Origin: a virus
Lineage: Duplodnaviria > Caudoviricetes
DNA: 52,701 nt
IMG/VR virus record: IMGVR_UViG_3300022562_002170
Location: 1-52,701 of that record
Direction: 5' to 3' (one strand)
The translations under genes and the position numbers were made by a program. The notes below the pieces were generated by a model. It had not been told where the DNA came from. It saw nothing but the letters and a program-made list of their open reading frames with translations, and made no database searches. Positions 39,249 through 49,044 of the stretch are shown piece after piece. Each line of letters starts with the position of its first letter. The stretch's first letter is position 1.

Positions 39249-39894
39249 ATTCCTCGTCTCTCTTTCTGACGGCAAAATCAAGAGCACGCACGATTTTCCG
39301 ATGGACTTCTCCATCGCCGGCCATTACGTGATGGACATCCCGTCCGACCTGCAGGTAAAGGCCCAGACAGACGTTGTTGCGGACCTCGAGGCCGCGAAGA
39401 TCGCGGCCTTCAAGGGGAAGCATCCTGGCCTTGCGACCTCCCTTAACGACGAGGTCCTGGCCAGCCCGAACGTGGACGCGGCCGAGTCGTCGCGCTTCAC
39501 GCTCGGTCCGTACAAGAGGACGATTCTCTTCCCGGCCGGCGGGCAGATCGTGACCGCGGCCATGGCGGTCGGAATTGCGGCCACGACGGTCTTCGCCCAC
39601 TGGCACGGTTTCACCCTATACTCGGAGCCGGCAGATTACCCGGCCGCCGGTGCCCCTCCTCCGGACCGCCTCCTGTACAACTACGACACCGTCGCGGTGG
39701 CCTTTCAGGCGTTCGACCCGGCCACCTTCACGGTGGAGATCAGGGACTCGACGAACACCTCGACCCTCGCCACCCTGACGCCGGACGTAGAGCAGGCCTT
39801 CGCGTTCGGGCCCGGCAACATCCGGCTTCGTGTCACGAACAACGACCCGGACAAGTCGTACCACCTATCGGACTGGATCCTGCTCCTCGGCTGA
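39241..39894 (+). CDS. Hypothetical structural protein, 217 aa
   Basis: 8-nt overlap with the upstream gene, with GGAGG upstream. Confidence 0.75.
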   Translation: MSKFLVSLSDGKIKSTHDFPMDFSIAGHYVMDIPSDLQVKAQTDVVADLEAAKIAAFKGKHPGLATSLNDEVLASPNVDAAESSRFTLGPYKRTILFPAGGQIVTAAMAVGIAATTVFAHWHGFTLYSEPADYPAAGAPPPDRLLYNYDTVAVAFQAFDPATFTVEIRDSTNTSTLATLTPDVEQAFAFGPGNIRLRVTNNDPDKSYHLSDWILLLG

Positions 39895-40038
39895 CCCGGT
39901 ATTGTGCCTCACTAAGGCACTTATGCACGGCCGGTGCTGGGTCTTCGGCTACCCGTGCGCAGGACCGAGTGAAAATGGAGCTCACGAAGCCAATCAACGA
40001 CCTCCGGGGTCACCTTCTGATGATGGAGCCAGTCTGAG

Positions 40039-43000
40039 ATGCCCAACAGCCTCGGATCAGGAGTCTCCAGGGTCATTGACGGCCGAGACAAGCAGTTCGC
40101 CATCGTCGTCTTCCAGGCGGGTAAGCCACCGCTCGACTCAGAGCTGAATCTTCTTGCGCTCGCGGAGCTCGAGTCCCGCGCCGAGGAGGTCCGTTCTAGG
40201 GTCCCGAGCGGATGGCTCATGGACGAGCTGAATCCGCGCCACGACTTTTCGACGAACCCGGCCTGGTCGAACCACCTTTACTTCGGGCGCCAGGCCGCCG
40301 GCGAGCTTCGGAACGTGCCGTGGGCGGTCGTGAACGGATGGGTTGTCCCGGTCGCGGGGACCAGGACTGGACAGCCTCCCCTGTCCCCGAACGATACTGT
40401 CACCTGGAACAAGATCGAGCTCAATCCCCCCGGGACTTCCACGGGTGGGAACAGGGCGGACTTCGTCTTCCTCGAGGTGTGGCTGCAGCGGGTCGACGTC
40501 GATCCAGCACCCCCCGGGATCGCCCCGGGGAAGCCGCAGCGCGGTTTCCTCTACAGGTTCGGGAACGTCGAGAGCGGGTTCTCGTACCTTCAGGACGAGC
40601 TTGTCGACCCCGACCTCAATTACGAGACCACGAAGAGGGTGCAGATCCAATACAGGATCAGGGTCGTCCCGGGGATCAATATCGCTCAGTATCCGGAGGG
40701 CTTCGACCCTACGGTCGTGTTCGCCCAGGGCGCACTTACCTCCCCGAGCTCCGTCGGGTTCGCGAACATGCGCGAGGCCCTTGGGGACCCTGGCCTGTGG
40801 CGCGCCGGGACGGGCGACCCCGCTACCTTCGGAACGGTGGACGGATACGTCTATGCGATCCCCATGTTCGCGGTCTTCCGCCGGAATGGCGCGGGGTTCT
40901 CGGACGTCGGGAACCTCGCCGGCGCTTTCAACAGGAACAGTTCGGCGACCCTGCGGGAAGATACCCTCGTCTACTCTAGTTCGGTCCTGCTCCCGGCGGA
41001 CATCAGCGAAACCGATGTTCAGTTCACCCTCACCTCAATCTCTGGGACCGTCCTCGAGGGGATGACGTCGTTCGGGGAGGCCTATTTCAGGGTCGACGAC
41101 GAGATCGTTCGCGTCAACAACGTCACGCAGACCGGGCCGACCTCCTTCGTCGTTACCTTCGACCGCGGCCAGCTCCAGACCACGATCCGTGAACACCTGG
41201 CCGACACCGAGCTTATCCCTTACACCGTCCGCCCCGACGGGCTTTTCGCAGATCAGATCGCCAGGACCGACATCCTGGACATGCGGCACGGAGTCGCCGA
41301 CAAGTTCGACTATGAGGCTATTCTCAAGACGGGCCTCACCGAGCTGATGAAGGGGAACCTCCGCACGGTGTGGAAGCGGTACGGGTCGACGAACTCCGCC
41401 GGGCCCGTCGTCCTCTACGGCGACAGAATCACTGACGGGTCCATCTTCGTCGGTGGTCTCAGTAGGCTCGACGCTCCGAACGGCAATAGGAGATCCTGGT
41501 CCGACGCTGTCATGACCGAGCGCTATGAGGCGCCGGTCACAGTCCCGTCCAACGCCGCCGCCCTCAACTCCGAGCTCGTATTCGCCGTCAATCCTTACGT
41601 CGTCAGTGTGACCTGGGAGGCGGGCGGCACGGGCCACGGACCTGGATCCCGTCTGTACGGCAGCGTCCCGTGGTGGTACAACGGCGACGTCCTGAGACTC
41701 AAGCTCTCCTCGTTCCAGATTGGGCTCCCCGCCGGGGACGCGGACCAGGTCCGGTTCGTCCTTCCGTCCGAGGACGAAGATGCCGTGCTCATCAGGTTCG
41801 AGGGCATGACGACGGATCCGAACGGGGGCGTCCCTCTCTCTACCACCGTTCGGTCCGCGACCAACACGAATGGGCTCACGTCCACCGGCAACCGAATCAT
41901 GAAGGACGGCCAGGGGATTTCGGTCGCCCTGGACTCGCTGACCGGCGACCTCCTCATCACGTTCGACGGGGACACCGACGGGACTCGGCTCAAGGAGTTC
42001 GACGACGCGATGTCGGCCTTCGGCGCCCCTACCGCCGACCAGACCAACAACACTCGGATGCACATCCAGTTCGCGGTCGTCGTAGGCGCCGGCCGCGGGG
42101 CGTCTCACAAGCCAGATTACGTCCACACTGTCCACTATCGCGGGAACGCAACGAACTCGTCACGGATCATGCAGAGGCCCGGCCTCTCTGACCGGAGCCG
42201 GATGATCCCGACCTACGTCGGAGATTCCCCGTACGTCCAGACCGGTAGGAACCGGGACCTTGCGACGACCTCCGAGGTCATGATTGACCCGGGTAGCAGG
42301 ACTGTCTTCGTCCAACCTTATCGAAACGTCCTCGTCCCGCCGCTCCTGGCCCGTGACGGGTCGAAGCTCAACTGGACCGATGGGGGGTCTTACCAGGGCG
42401 CCATGCCGACCCTGGACCCGCCCGGGACCGCCACCGTCCATACGACGGTGGACCCCCTCAACTTGTTCTACGTCGGAGTGCAGGCGAGGTTCGTCGAGGT
42501 CCCGTTCAATTACCTGCCGCGTCCCGGCCTGCACCACGTTCCGATCGTTCCGGTCACTACGACCAGGTTCCCGTCCGGCATCAACTTCTTCATGATGTCG
42601 AAGGAGGGGCCGTTCGGTGCTACGGACACCTCGGATTGGAACCGGAGCCTCGTCAGTTACCCGAGCACGGCCGGATACTACGTCGTTACCCCGGTCACCG
42701 GGGAGACCTACGGGACTGGCACGCTCCCGTCCATGTTCGGACGGAAATTCCAGAGCACGCAGATCAGGTCGGTGGACGGAGGCCCGTTCGAGGGCATCGA
42801 ATTCCCGCCGTTCATTATGCCGGCGCGAATCACGGGTGTCTACCTGCGCGACACGTCCGGGGCAGCCCCGTACCCAACCGTCCCGACCGCGTCCCCCTTC
42901 AACACCGACCGCGTCTACGTCGGCGGCGTGGGGACGGACGTCAACCTACTTCGCGATGATTTTGATGGGCCGACCTTCCTCATCGAGGTCGACATCAACG

Positions 43001-44685
43001 GAGACCCGACCTTCGTCCTCAACAAGGATGTCATCGACTTCAAGAAGGCGCCGGCGGGCACGACTTGGGACAACTCGGAGTTCCTCGTCGAGTGCACCGT
43101 GTTCGGCGTCGACCGTGGATGGCTTCAGACGAACGGGCGCCTCCTGGTCGCCAGGACGAGCGGCGGCGGATCCCTGCCCCTGGCTATCGACACCTTCACG
43201 GCGACGAGCGATGGCGTCGTTGGCGTGATCACCCCCGCCCCGCTCTCGCTCAACTCTGCGAACAACGAGCTCACGTTCTACTACAGCCGTCAGCCGTACC
43301 AGGGCGACGTGTTCGGGAGCCAAAGTGCGTTTTCGGACGATCCGCAGCGACTCGGCCCCCTCACTGTGTCCGAGGCGACCAGTATCGCTACGAATCAACT
43401 CGGCCCGGTCGAGAGCCTCACGCTCCCGAACAAGCGGGGGTACGAAGTCCTCACGGCGATGAACTTCATCACGTCGATGGGGTCCGGGCGCCTGTCCGGG
43501 TCGAATCCGATCCCGCTCCTCAATACGGCGGAGGCCCCAGACCAAGTCGAGGACTTTGCCGGGACCATCGTAGACCTGAACCGCAGGTTCTCGCTGAACA
43601 GGGTCGGGTACGAGGACTGGTCGACTCCGAAGTTCCCGGTCGTGACGGCATCGCTTGCGTCCAGGCCGGAGATCAAGAGGGACGCCCTGTCGGAGGTGTT
43701 CGACCGGGACGTCAACCCAGAGTTCGCAGGGTCCGTCAGCACGCTCCCGCTCGGGAAGTATTTCCGGGACAAGGACTTTGCCGGAAAGACTCTGTATCAG
43801 CAGCGCAGCTCGAGCAATGTAGGCGCCATCGCCATCGGGACGATGGTCTTCCCTCCGTATCAGGCCCCAACCAACCCGACCCCGCCCGGGTCCTCCACCT
43901 GGGAGGGCACGGAGTTCGTCTGCGGACAGGCGAGCGGGACGTCCGGCGTAGGCGGGGAGAAGATGGTGCTCGTGGACGGGACCTCGAGCTTCTCCAGCGT
44001 CGGCGTCTTCAAGACGACCCGCGGCGGCGCCGCGTGGTCCGTCTCCCCGCCGTGGCCCGGCGGCGCCATCGCCTCCCGCATGCCGAAAGCCCGCCCGAAC
44101 TCGGAGGTCGGGTCGATCCTTGTGGGAACCGCCTATCTCGTCCGATCCCAGCCGGAGTCCATCAGCTCCGTCGAGGTCCATCCGGGCCACGAACTCCAGA
44201 TGGTGATTGTCACCAGAGCAGTTCCGTCCTACTTCCGGGACACGGACATCCTTCACTCGGCGAGCGGGACCGGGGAAGGCTTCACGGCCGTCGATCGGTT
44301 CAGGGTCTGGGGGCGCCCGCTCGAGAAGCGGCGCGGGGACGTGGACACAGTGAGCCCGCCCCTGAACGATCGTCCGCTGTTCGTCAACGACATTTACGAC
44401 GATCCGATTTTCTATGGATCTAGCGACATCAACCTCACCTCGCTGAAGCAGGAGACCCTCCCGATCACATCGAACGGTCAGACTGCCTTCACACTGAGCT
44501 CGAGGCCCCTGGATCCGACGACGGTCATGATGTTCGTCAACGGCGTCAAGCTCAAGTACGGGACGGATTACATCGTCGGCGGAACAACAGACCAAGATCT
44601 CACTCACCTCTCGATCCCTGCGCCGAGTTCGAACCCACCCCTGAAGACGACCGACGTGCTCGAAGTTTGGTACGCCCTGCTCTGA
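40039..44685 (+). CDS. Giant tail/baseplate structural protein, paralog B, 1548 aa
   Basis: 'VVFQAGKPPLDSELN' N-terminus and motifs shared with 36136-38748. C-terminal 'GQTAFTL...FVNG...GTDY' beta module. Confidence 0.8.
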   Translation: MPNSLGSGVSRVIDGRDKQFAIVVFQAGKPPLDSELNLLALAELESRAEEVRSRVPSGWLMDELNPRHDFSTNPAWSNHLYFGRQAAGELRNVPWAVVNGWVVPVAGTRTGQPPLSPNDTVTWNKIELNPPGTSTGGNRADFVFLEVWLQRVDVDPAPPGIAPGKPQRGFLYRFGNVESGFSYLQDELVDPDLNYETTKRVQIQYRIRVVPGINIAQYPEGFDPTVVFAQGALTSPSSVGFANMREALGDPGLWRAGTGDPATFGTVDGYVYAIPMFAVFRRNGAGFSDVGNLAGAFNRNSSATLREDTLVYSSSVLLPADISETDVQFTLTSISGTVLEGMTSFGEAYFRVDDEIVRVNNVTQTGPTSFVVTFDRGQLQTTIREHLADTELIPYTVRPDGLFADQIARTDILDMRHGVADKFDYEAILKTGLTELMKGNLRTVWKRYGSTNSAGPVVLYGDRITDGSIFVGGLSRLDAPNGNRRSWSDAVMTERYEAPVTVPSNAAALNSELVFAVNPYVVSVTWEAGGTGHGPGSRLYGSVPWWYNGDVLRLKLSSFQIGLPAGDADQVRFVLPSEDEDAVLIRFEGMTTDPNGGVPLSTTVRSATNTNGLTSTGNRIMKDGQGISVALDSLTGDLLITFDGDTDGTRLKEFDDAMSAFGAPTADQTNNTRMHIQFAVVVGAGRGASHKPDYVHTVHYRGNATNSSRIMQRPGLSDRSRMIPTYVGDSPYVQTGRNRDLATTSEVMIDPGSRTVFVQPYRNVLVPPLLARDGSKLNWTDGGSYQGAMPTLDPPGTATVHTTVDPLNLFYVGVQARFVEVPFNYLPRPGLHHVPIVPVTTTRFPSGINFFMMSKEGPFGATDTSDWNRSLVSYPSTAGYYVVTPVTGETYGTGTLPSMFGRKFQSTQIRSVDGGPFEGIEFPPFIMPARITGVYLRDTSGAAPYPTVPTASPFNTDRVYVGGVGTDVNLLRDDFDGPTFLIEVDINGDPTFVLNKDVIDFKKAPAGTTWDNSEFLVECTVFGVDRGWLQTNGRLLVARTSGGGSLPLAIDTFTATSDGVVGVITPAPLSLNSANNELTFYYSRQPYQGDVFGSQSAFSDDPQRLGPLTVSEATSIATNQLGPVESLTLPNKRGYEVLTAMNFITSMGSGRLSGSNPIPLLNTAEAPDQVEDFAGTIVDLNRRFSLNRVGYEDWSTPKFPVVTASLASRPEIKRDALSEVFDRDVNPEFAGSVSTLPLGKYFRDKDFAGKTLYQQRSSSNVGAIAIGTMVFPPYQAPTNPTPPGSSTWEGTEFVCGQASGTSGVGGEKMVLVDGTSSFSSVGVFKTTRGGAAWSVSPPWPGGAIASRMPKARPNSEVGSILVGTAYLVRSQPESISSVEVHPGHELQMVIVTRAVPSYFRDTDILHSASGTGEGFTAVDRFRVWGRPLEKRRGDVDTVSPPLNDRPLFVNDIYDDPIFYGSSDINLTSLKQETLPITSNGQTAFTLSSRPLDPTTVMMFVNGVKLKYGTDYIVGGTTDQDLTHLSIPAPSSNPPLKTTDVLEVWYALL

Positions 44686-44694
44686 CGGAGAGAC

Positions 44695-47600
44695 ATGACA
44701 AGGCCCCGCTCACAGCAGATCCTAGACCTTCAGACAAGGTTCTCGAGGCTCCAGTACACGCCGCTCCCCGGGGCGACCCGGGACAGGATCGCCCTCGGAA
44801 CCGTCCACTCAGCCTCCGTCACGGCGGTAGAGGGCGGCGCTGACGAGTCGACCCCGGCCTACGTCACGAGCACCGCGACGCCTCCGTATACGATCCTCGC
44901 TGGTGACGCCATCACGGTCACGGTGGACGCAGGCATCGCGACCACCGTGACATTTGCCAGCACGGACACGACCGCCTCTCGTGTCGCCGCCAGGATCAAC
45001 ACCACCGTCGGTTCCACAGTCGCGTTCGCCGACGCCGGAATCCTGAGCATCAGAGGGTCGACCGTCGGATCAACCGGGCAGGTCATCCTCGCGGACTTCG
45101 TCGCGGGCACCCTCACCAAGCTCGGTCTCGTCGCGGGTACGTACAATGGCGTCGACGCTCCGAACAGGGGCATCGTGACCGTGTCCTTGGACTTGCTCGG
45201 GGGGACAGCCCTTCTGAAGACGCTGGACGGGCAAGATATCCTGACCGACACATCCGCCTCGATCCTTATCGGCGACGGCTTTCTTCCTCCCGTAAGGGTT
45301 CTCGACGTCCCTGGTGGTGTCCCGATGCACGCGCGGGTCACGGCCGACGCGACATGGCTGTACCTCGATTATTATGCCCGGATGCCGACGCGCGCCGAGG
45401 TCGAGACCTTCAACAGTGACCTGGCCTCCCTCGACGGGACTGACACCGTTACCTTCACTGTCGACGACCCGGAGTACGGATTCAACGCGGTCATCGTCGC
45501 GACGTTCCCATCCGGCCCCCTCCTGACGAGAGATCAAGTCGTCACCAGGATCAACGACCTCTGGTCCAACGCCCTCACCATTTCCGGATCCGGCGCATCT
45601 CATGTCCAGGGGACCATCAGTCAGCCTTTCACGTTCAACGGGGTTGCCTCCTCGATCGACATTGCGGTGGATGGCGGCGCGTTCACGTCCGTCGACCTCA
45701 CCGGAGCGGTGACCGTCGCTGACGTCGTCGCTCTCATCAACGGCGCGGTCGCTGGCGTCACCGCATCCCCCGTCTCGCTGACGAATGGGATCTTCCTAGC
45801 GATCAGGAGCAACAATACAGACGGGACGACGTCTTCCCTCGAGATCAGGCCGACCGGCGGGTTCTCGGATGCATTGCAGGCCCTCGGACTCACTCCGGGC
45901 CTGTACAAAGGTTACTACCTCTGTCAACCGTCCGGCCCCTCGGAAATCAAATTCTTTGGCGTTGGGCGGGGATCGCAGGCCACCATTACGGTTGCCTCCG
46001 GAAATCCGACAACTCTCACGAGGCTTGGACTTCCCGCCGGTGTGTATGGGGGGCTCGACGAGGGGGAGCAACTTGTCAGCTTCCCGGCCATGGCAGCGGA
46101 CATTGCCCTGGTCGAGCCGGTGATCGTTCTGTTCCCGGAGGTCATGGACTTCGGGGAGGTACCCGTCCAGGCTGAGTCCACGGTCGCGAAGTTCCTGAAC
46201 CGATCAAACAGCGACGTCCGGATCCAGTCGGTGAAGCTGTACTCGATTGATCAGTTCCGGCTCGATGGCTCGGGGCTCAATGCTGCGGGCCATACGGTTT
46301 CCCTCGGGCCGGACGGTCTTCTTCCATTGACCGTTACGGCGCAGGTCAGGACGGAATACGAGAATTTCTTCAAGAAGTTCATTCGAGGTGACTTCTCCGC
46401 CAGGACCGTCATCGCGCTGGTCGCGAACAATATCGAAACCGGCGGCGTCGATGGAAACACGACAGACGTCTCGGACACCTTCACGGTCGACATCGACCCG
46501 ACTGGAGGTTGGGCCGGCAGTCCCCGATATTTCAAGGTCCAATTCGGGAGGGACGCGACCGCGTATCTGCCGTTTCAAGTCCACTCCTTCTTCCCTCTCA
46601 TCGACGGTGTGAAGTGGTTCGTCGAGGCCCAGGACGATGCTGGAGACCTTGCCGCCTTCGCGAACACGACTGGCGCCATGCGCCTGTACGACCTGAACAT
46701 GGCGACGGCTGGGACCGCCACCACAGGAAAGAAGATCATCCCGGTCACTTCGTCGACGGTCACGCAGGGTGACGACACCCTCCGGATCTTCGGGAAGCGT
46801 GAGGGGAACCTCGAGGCCGTCACACTCTTCCGTCAGATCAACGCGAAGTGGGTGACGACCGTCGGCGACGGGACGGTTTCGTTCGGCGACTTCAACGGGG
46901 TGAACGCAATCCAGCAGGCGCTTACGTTCTGGAATGCATACGTCGGAGCGGCGGACTCGACCGTCCGCATCCAGGTTAAGAAGGGGAATTACACGATCTC
47001 GGCCGCGAATGGTCTGATCGACGTGCCCGCGGACATGCACCTCATCCTCGAAGGTGAAGGGTGGGATGCGTCCATCATCACGCTCACGGACGGGACGAAC
47101 CCGGCTGTCCGGGCAAACTCGAACTGCAAGCTCGAGCTCCGTGACCTGCGCCTCGTCGGATCCGGGTTTGACCTCAGGGTCCAGGTCAAAACGACGTCTC
47201 GCCTTGCCGCCTCCGACGTCAAGGCCTGGAGGGCTCATTTTGAGTTCGACGACGGATACGCCGGCCAATTCGAGCGCTGTTCCATCCTTGCGAACAGTAC
47301 CACCTCTCCTCTCGTCTCCATTCTCGCCGGGGACGGGATCCAGAAGGACGGGTACACTTTCTTCGATTGTGACCTAACAAGTGGGGACAACCTACCCGTT
47401 CTGAAGGTGGCCTCCAGTATCGGAGGATACACGGGCACTGGGAGGATTCTGTTCTGTGACTGCAGGATTCGTCTCGGAAGCACTACCGTCGATGCAAACA
47501 ACAACCTCGTCGGAAACTGCGGGGTCGTGGATCTCGATCCGAACGGTTACAACTCCTTCGGTGGCCTCGAGGGCGCGTACATCGACCACCTGGAGTACAG

Positions 47601-49044
47601 GGATTGTGAGGTCACGGCAAACACAACTGCCGGGGCGGTGAGCGTCCTGATCCACCTCATTCCCATCGCCAACGGTGGAGCGACCACCGCGACCCCGTTC
47701 GTCACAACCGACAGTTCGCTCAGGGTGGACAGGTTCGTCATCGCCGGTGGTAAGTGGATCGCCCCGAGGTCCAATACGACCGTGAATCCCTTCACGGTCG
47801 GGCTGTCATGGACCGATGAGACCTTCCCTGAGGCGAACCTCAATTCCGGGAGGGTTGAAATCCGAGATGTGGTCATCGGGTTCGATCAGGCTGGGACGGC
47901 CGGCGTAAACCACGGGTACCCGACGCAGGACTTGGGCTCCTTCTTCACTACGACGGAGTTCGGCGGTGCGCGTCCCGCGACCGCGATTTGGGGTGCCATT
48001 GCTATCGCGGCGAACTATCTGTTCATGCGGGGAGTCACCCTCGTCGGAATGAGTCAACTCGGGGAGTCCGGAGATCTCTTCCTGAAGTGTGACCGGATGA
48101 TGGATGTCGACGGAATCTTCCTCGAAGACTACAAGTTGTCCGGTCCGCTCACAGCTCCAACGGACAGGGTCCGCGTTAGGACAGGGAATTACTCTGCGGG
48201 CGACCTCAGGGGGAACTTCAGCATCCGAAACGTCTTCATGCGCGGGTCTGACGCTTTGGCCGGATCCTGGGGTACGAATCTCTTTAGTGTCGAGCCGAAC
48301 TCCAGTGGTGCGAGCACAAGTCAGACCTCCCTCGAGGTGTCCGGTGTTCGGATCATGGGCTTTACGGTCGTCGGTGTCCCATCCGCGACAGTCGGATTCC
48401 GGTATGTGAACGCTCTCTTCGGGTCCCTGTATACTGGGAGTGCAGGTAGTTTCGACAGATTTTATGTCTCGAAGCTGCAAATCCGGGATTGCCTCACAGG
48501 GATCCAGGCGCTCCTCACGAATTCGGTGTTCGGAACGTGGTCTATCACGGACAGTGAGGTCTCCTTCTGTACAAACGGTGTGTTTCTGTCGAGCTCGGCC
48601 GAGATCGGGGATTTCACCTTCTGTAGGAACAAGGTCCACGCCAACACGACATCCGGTGTCTACGTGCAGGTTGGAGATTGGATCACAACGGACGAGTTTG
48701 CACCGTGCACCATCGTGGCAAACGACAACGTCATTAGAAACAACCCGAACGCATCCGGCGTTCAGATGCAGGTGTTTGCATCCGCCGTGGCCGGAAATCA
48801 CCTCCCGAGGGGATCCGTCATCGGCAATTCCTTCGGTGGGGGGAGCTCCACTGAAGGAGATTTCAAGGTTAACCAGATCTCTGCTGGGGTGTCGAGTGCT
48901 CTTACGAGTCCGGCCAACCCTGGGCCGCCGAACCAAACCTTGCGCGGAGTTCAGACCGGACATTCTTTGGCCGACGCGAACACGCTGCTTTATCAGAATA
49001 ACTTCAGCATGTACAACAACCAGGGGTTCCTGGTAACTCCGTAG
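44695..49044 (+). CDS. Tailspike / receptor-binding protein with right-handed beta-helix (pectate-lyase-like), 1449 aa
   Basis: 'GDFNGVNAIQQAL...VRIQVKKGNYTI...LILEGEG' is the classic beta-helix cap. Asn/Cys-ladder repeats (CRNKVHAN, NDNVIRNN, VIGNSF) follow. Confidence 0.75.
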   Translation: MTRPRSQQILDLQTRFSRLQYTPLPGATRDRIALGTVHSASVTAVEGGADESTPAYVTSTATPPYTILAGDAITVTVDAGIATTVTFASTDTTASRVAARINTTVGSTVAFADAGILSIRGSTVGSTGQVILADFVAGTLTKLGLVAGTYNGVDAPNRGIVTVSLDLLGGTALLKTLDGQDILTDTSASILIGDGFLPPVRVLDVPGGVPMHARVTADATWLYLDYYARMPTRAEVETFNSDLASLDGTDTVTFTVDDPEYGFNAVIVATFPSGPLLTRDQVVTRINDLWSNALTISGSGASHVQGTISQPFTFNGVASSIDIAVDGGAFTSVDLTGAVTVADVVALINGAVAGVTASPVSLTNGIFLAIRSNNTDGTTSSLEIRPTGGFSDALQALGLTPGLYKGYYLCQPSGPSEIKFFGVGRGSQATITVASGNPTTLTRLGLPAGVYGGLDEGEQLVSFPAMAADIALVEPVIVLFPEVMDFGEVPVQAESTVAKFLNRSNSDVRIQSVKLYSIDQFRLDGSGLNAAGHTVSLGPDGLLPLTVTAQVRTEYENFFKKFIRGDFSARTVIALVANNIETGGVDGNTTDVSDTFTVDIDPTGGWAGSPRYFKVQFGRDATAYLPFQVHSFFPLIDGVKWFVEAQDDAGDLAAFANTTGAMRLYDLNMATAGTATTGKKIIPVTSSTVTQGDDTLRIFGKREGNLEAVTLFRQINAKWVTTVGDGTVSFGDFNGVNAIQQALTFWNAYVGAADSTVRIQVKKGNYTISAANGLIDVPADMHLILEGEGWDASIITLTDGTNPAVRANSNCKLELRDLRLVGSGFDLRVQVKTTSRLAASDVKAWRAHFEFDDGYAGQFERCSILANSTTSPLVSILAGDGIQKDGYTFFDCDLTSGDNLPVLKVASSIGGYTGTGRILFCDCRIRLGSTTVDANNNLVGNCGVVDLDPNGYNSFGGLEGAYIDHLEYRDCEVTANTTAGAVSVLIHLIPIANGGATTATPFVTTDSSLRVDRFVIAGGKWIAPRSNTTVNPFTVGLSWTDETFPEANLNSGRVEIRDVVIGFDQAGTAGVNHGYPTQDLGSFFTTTEFGGARPATAIWGAIAIAANYLFMRGVTLVGMSQLGESGDLFLKCDRMMDVDGIFLEDYKLSGPLTAPTDRVRVRTGNYSAGDLRGNFSIRNVFMRGSDALAGSWGTNLFSVEPNSSGASTSQTSLEVSGVRIMGFTVVGVPSATVGFRYVNALFGSLYTGSAGSFDRFYVSKLQIRDCLTGIQALLTNSVFGTWSITDSEVSFCTNGVFLSSSAEIGDFTFCRNKVHANTTSGVYVQVGDWITTDEFAPCTIVANDNVIRNNPNASGVQMQVFASAVAGNHLPRGSVIGNSFGGGSSTEGDFKVNQISAGVSSALTSPANPGPPNQTLRGVQTGHSLADANTLLYQNNFSMYNNQGFLVTP

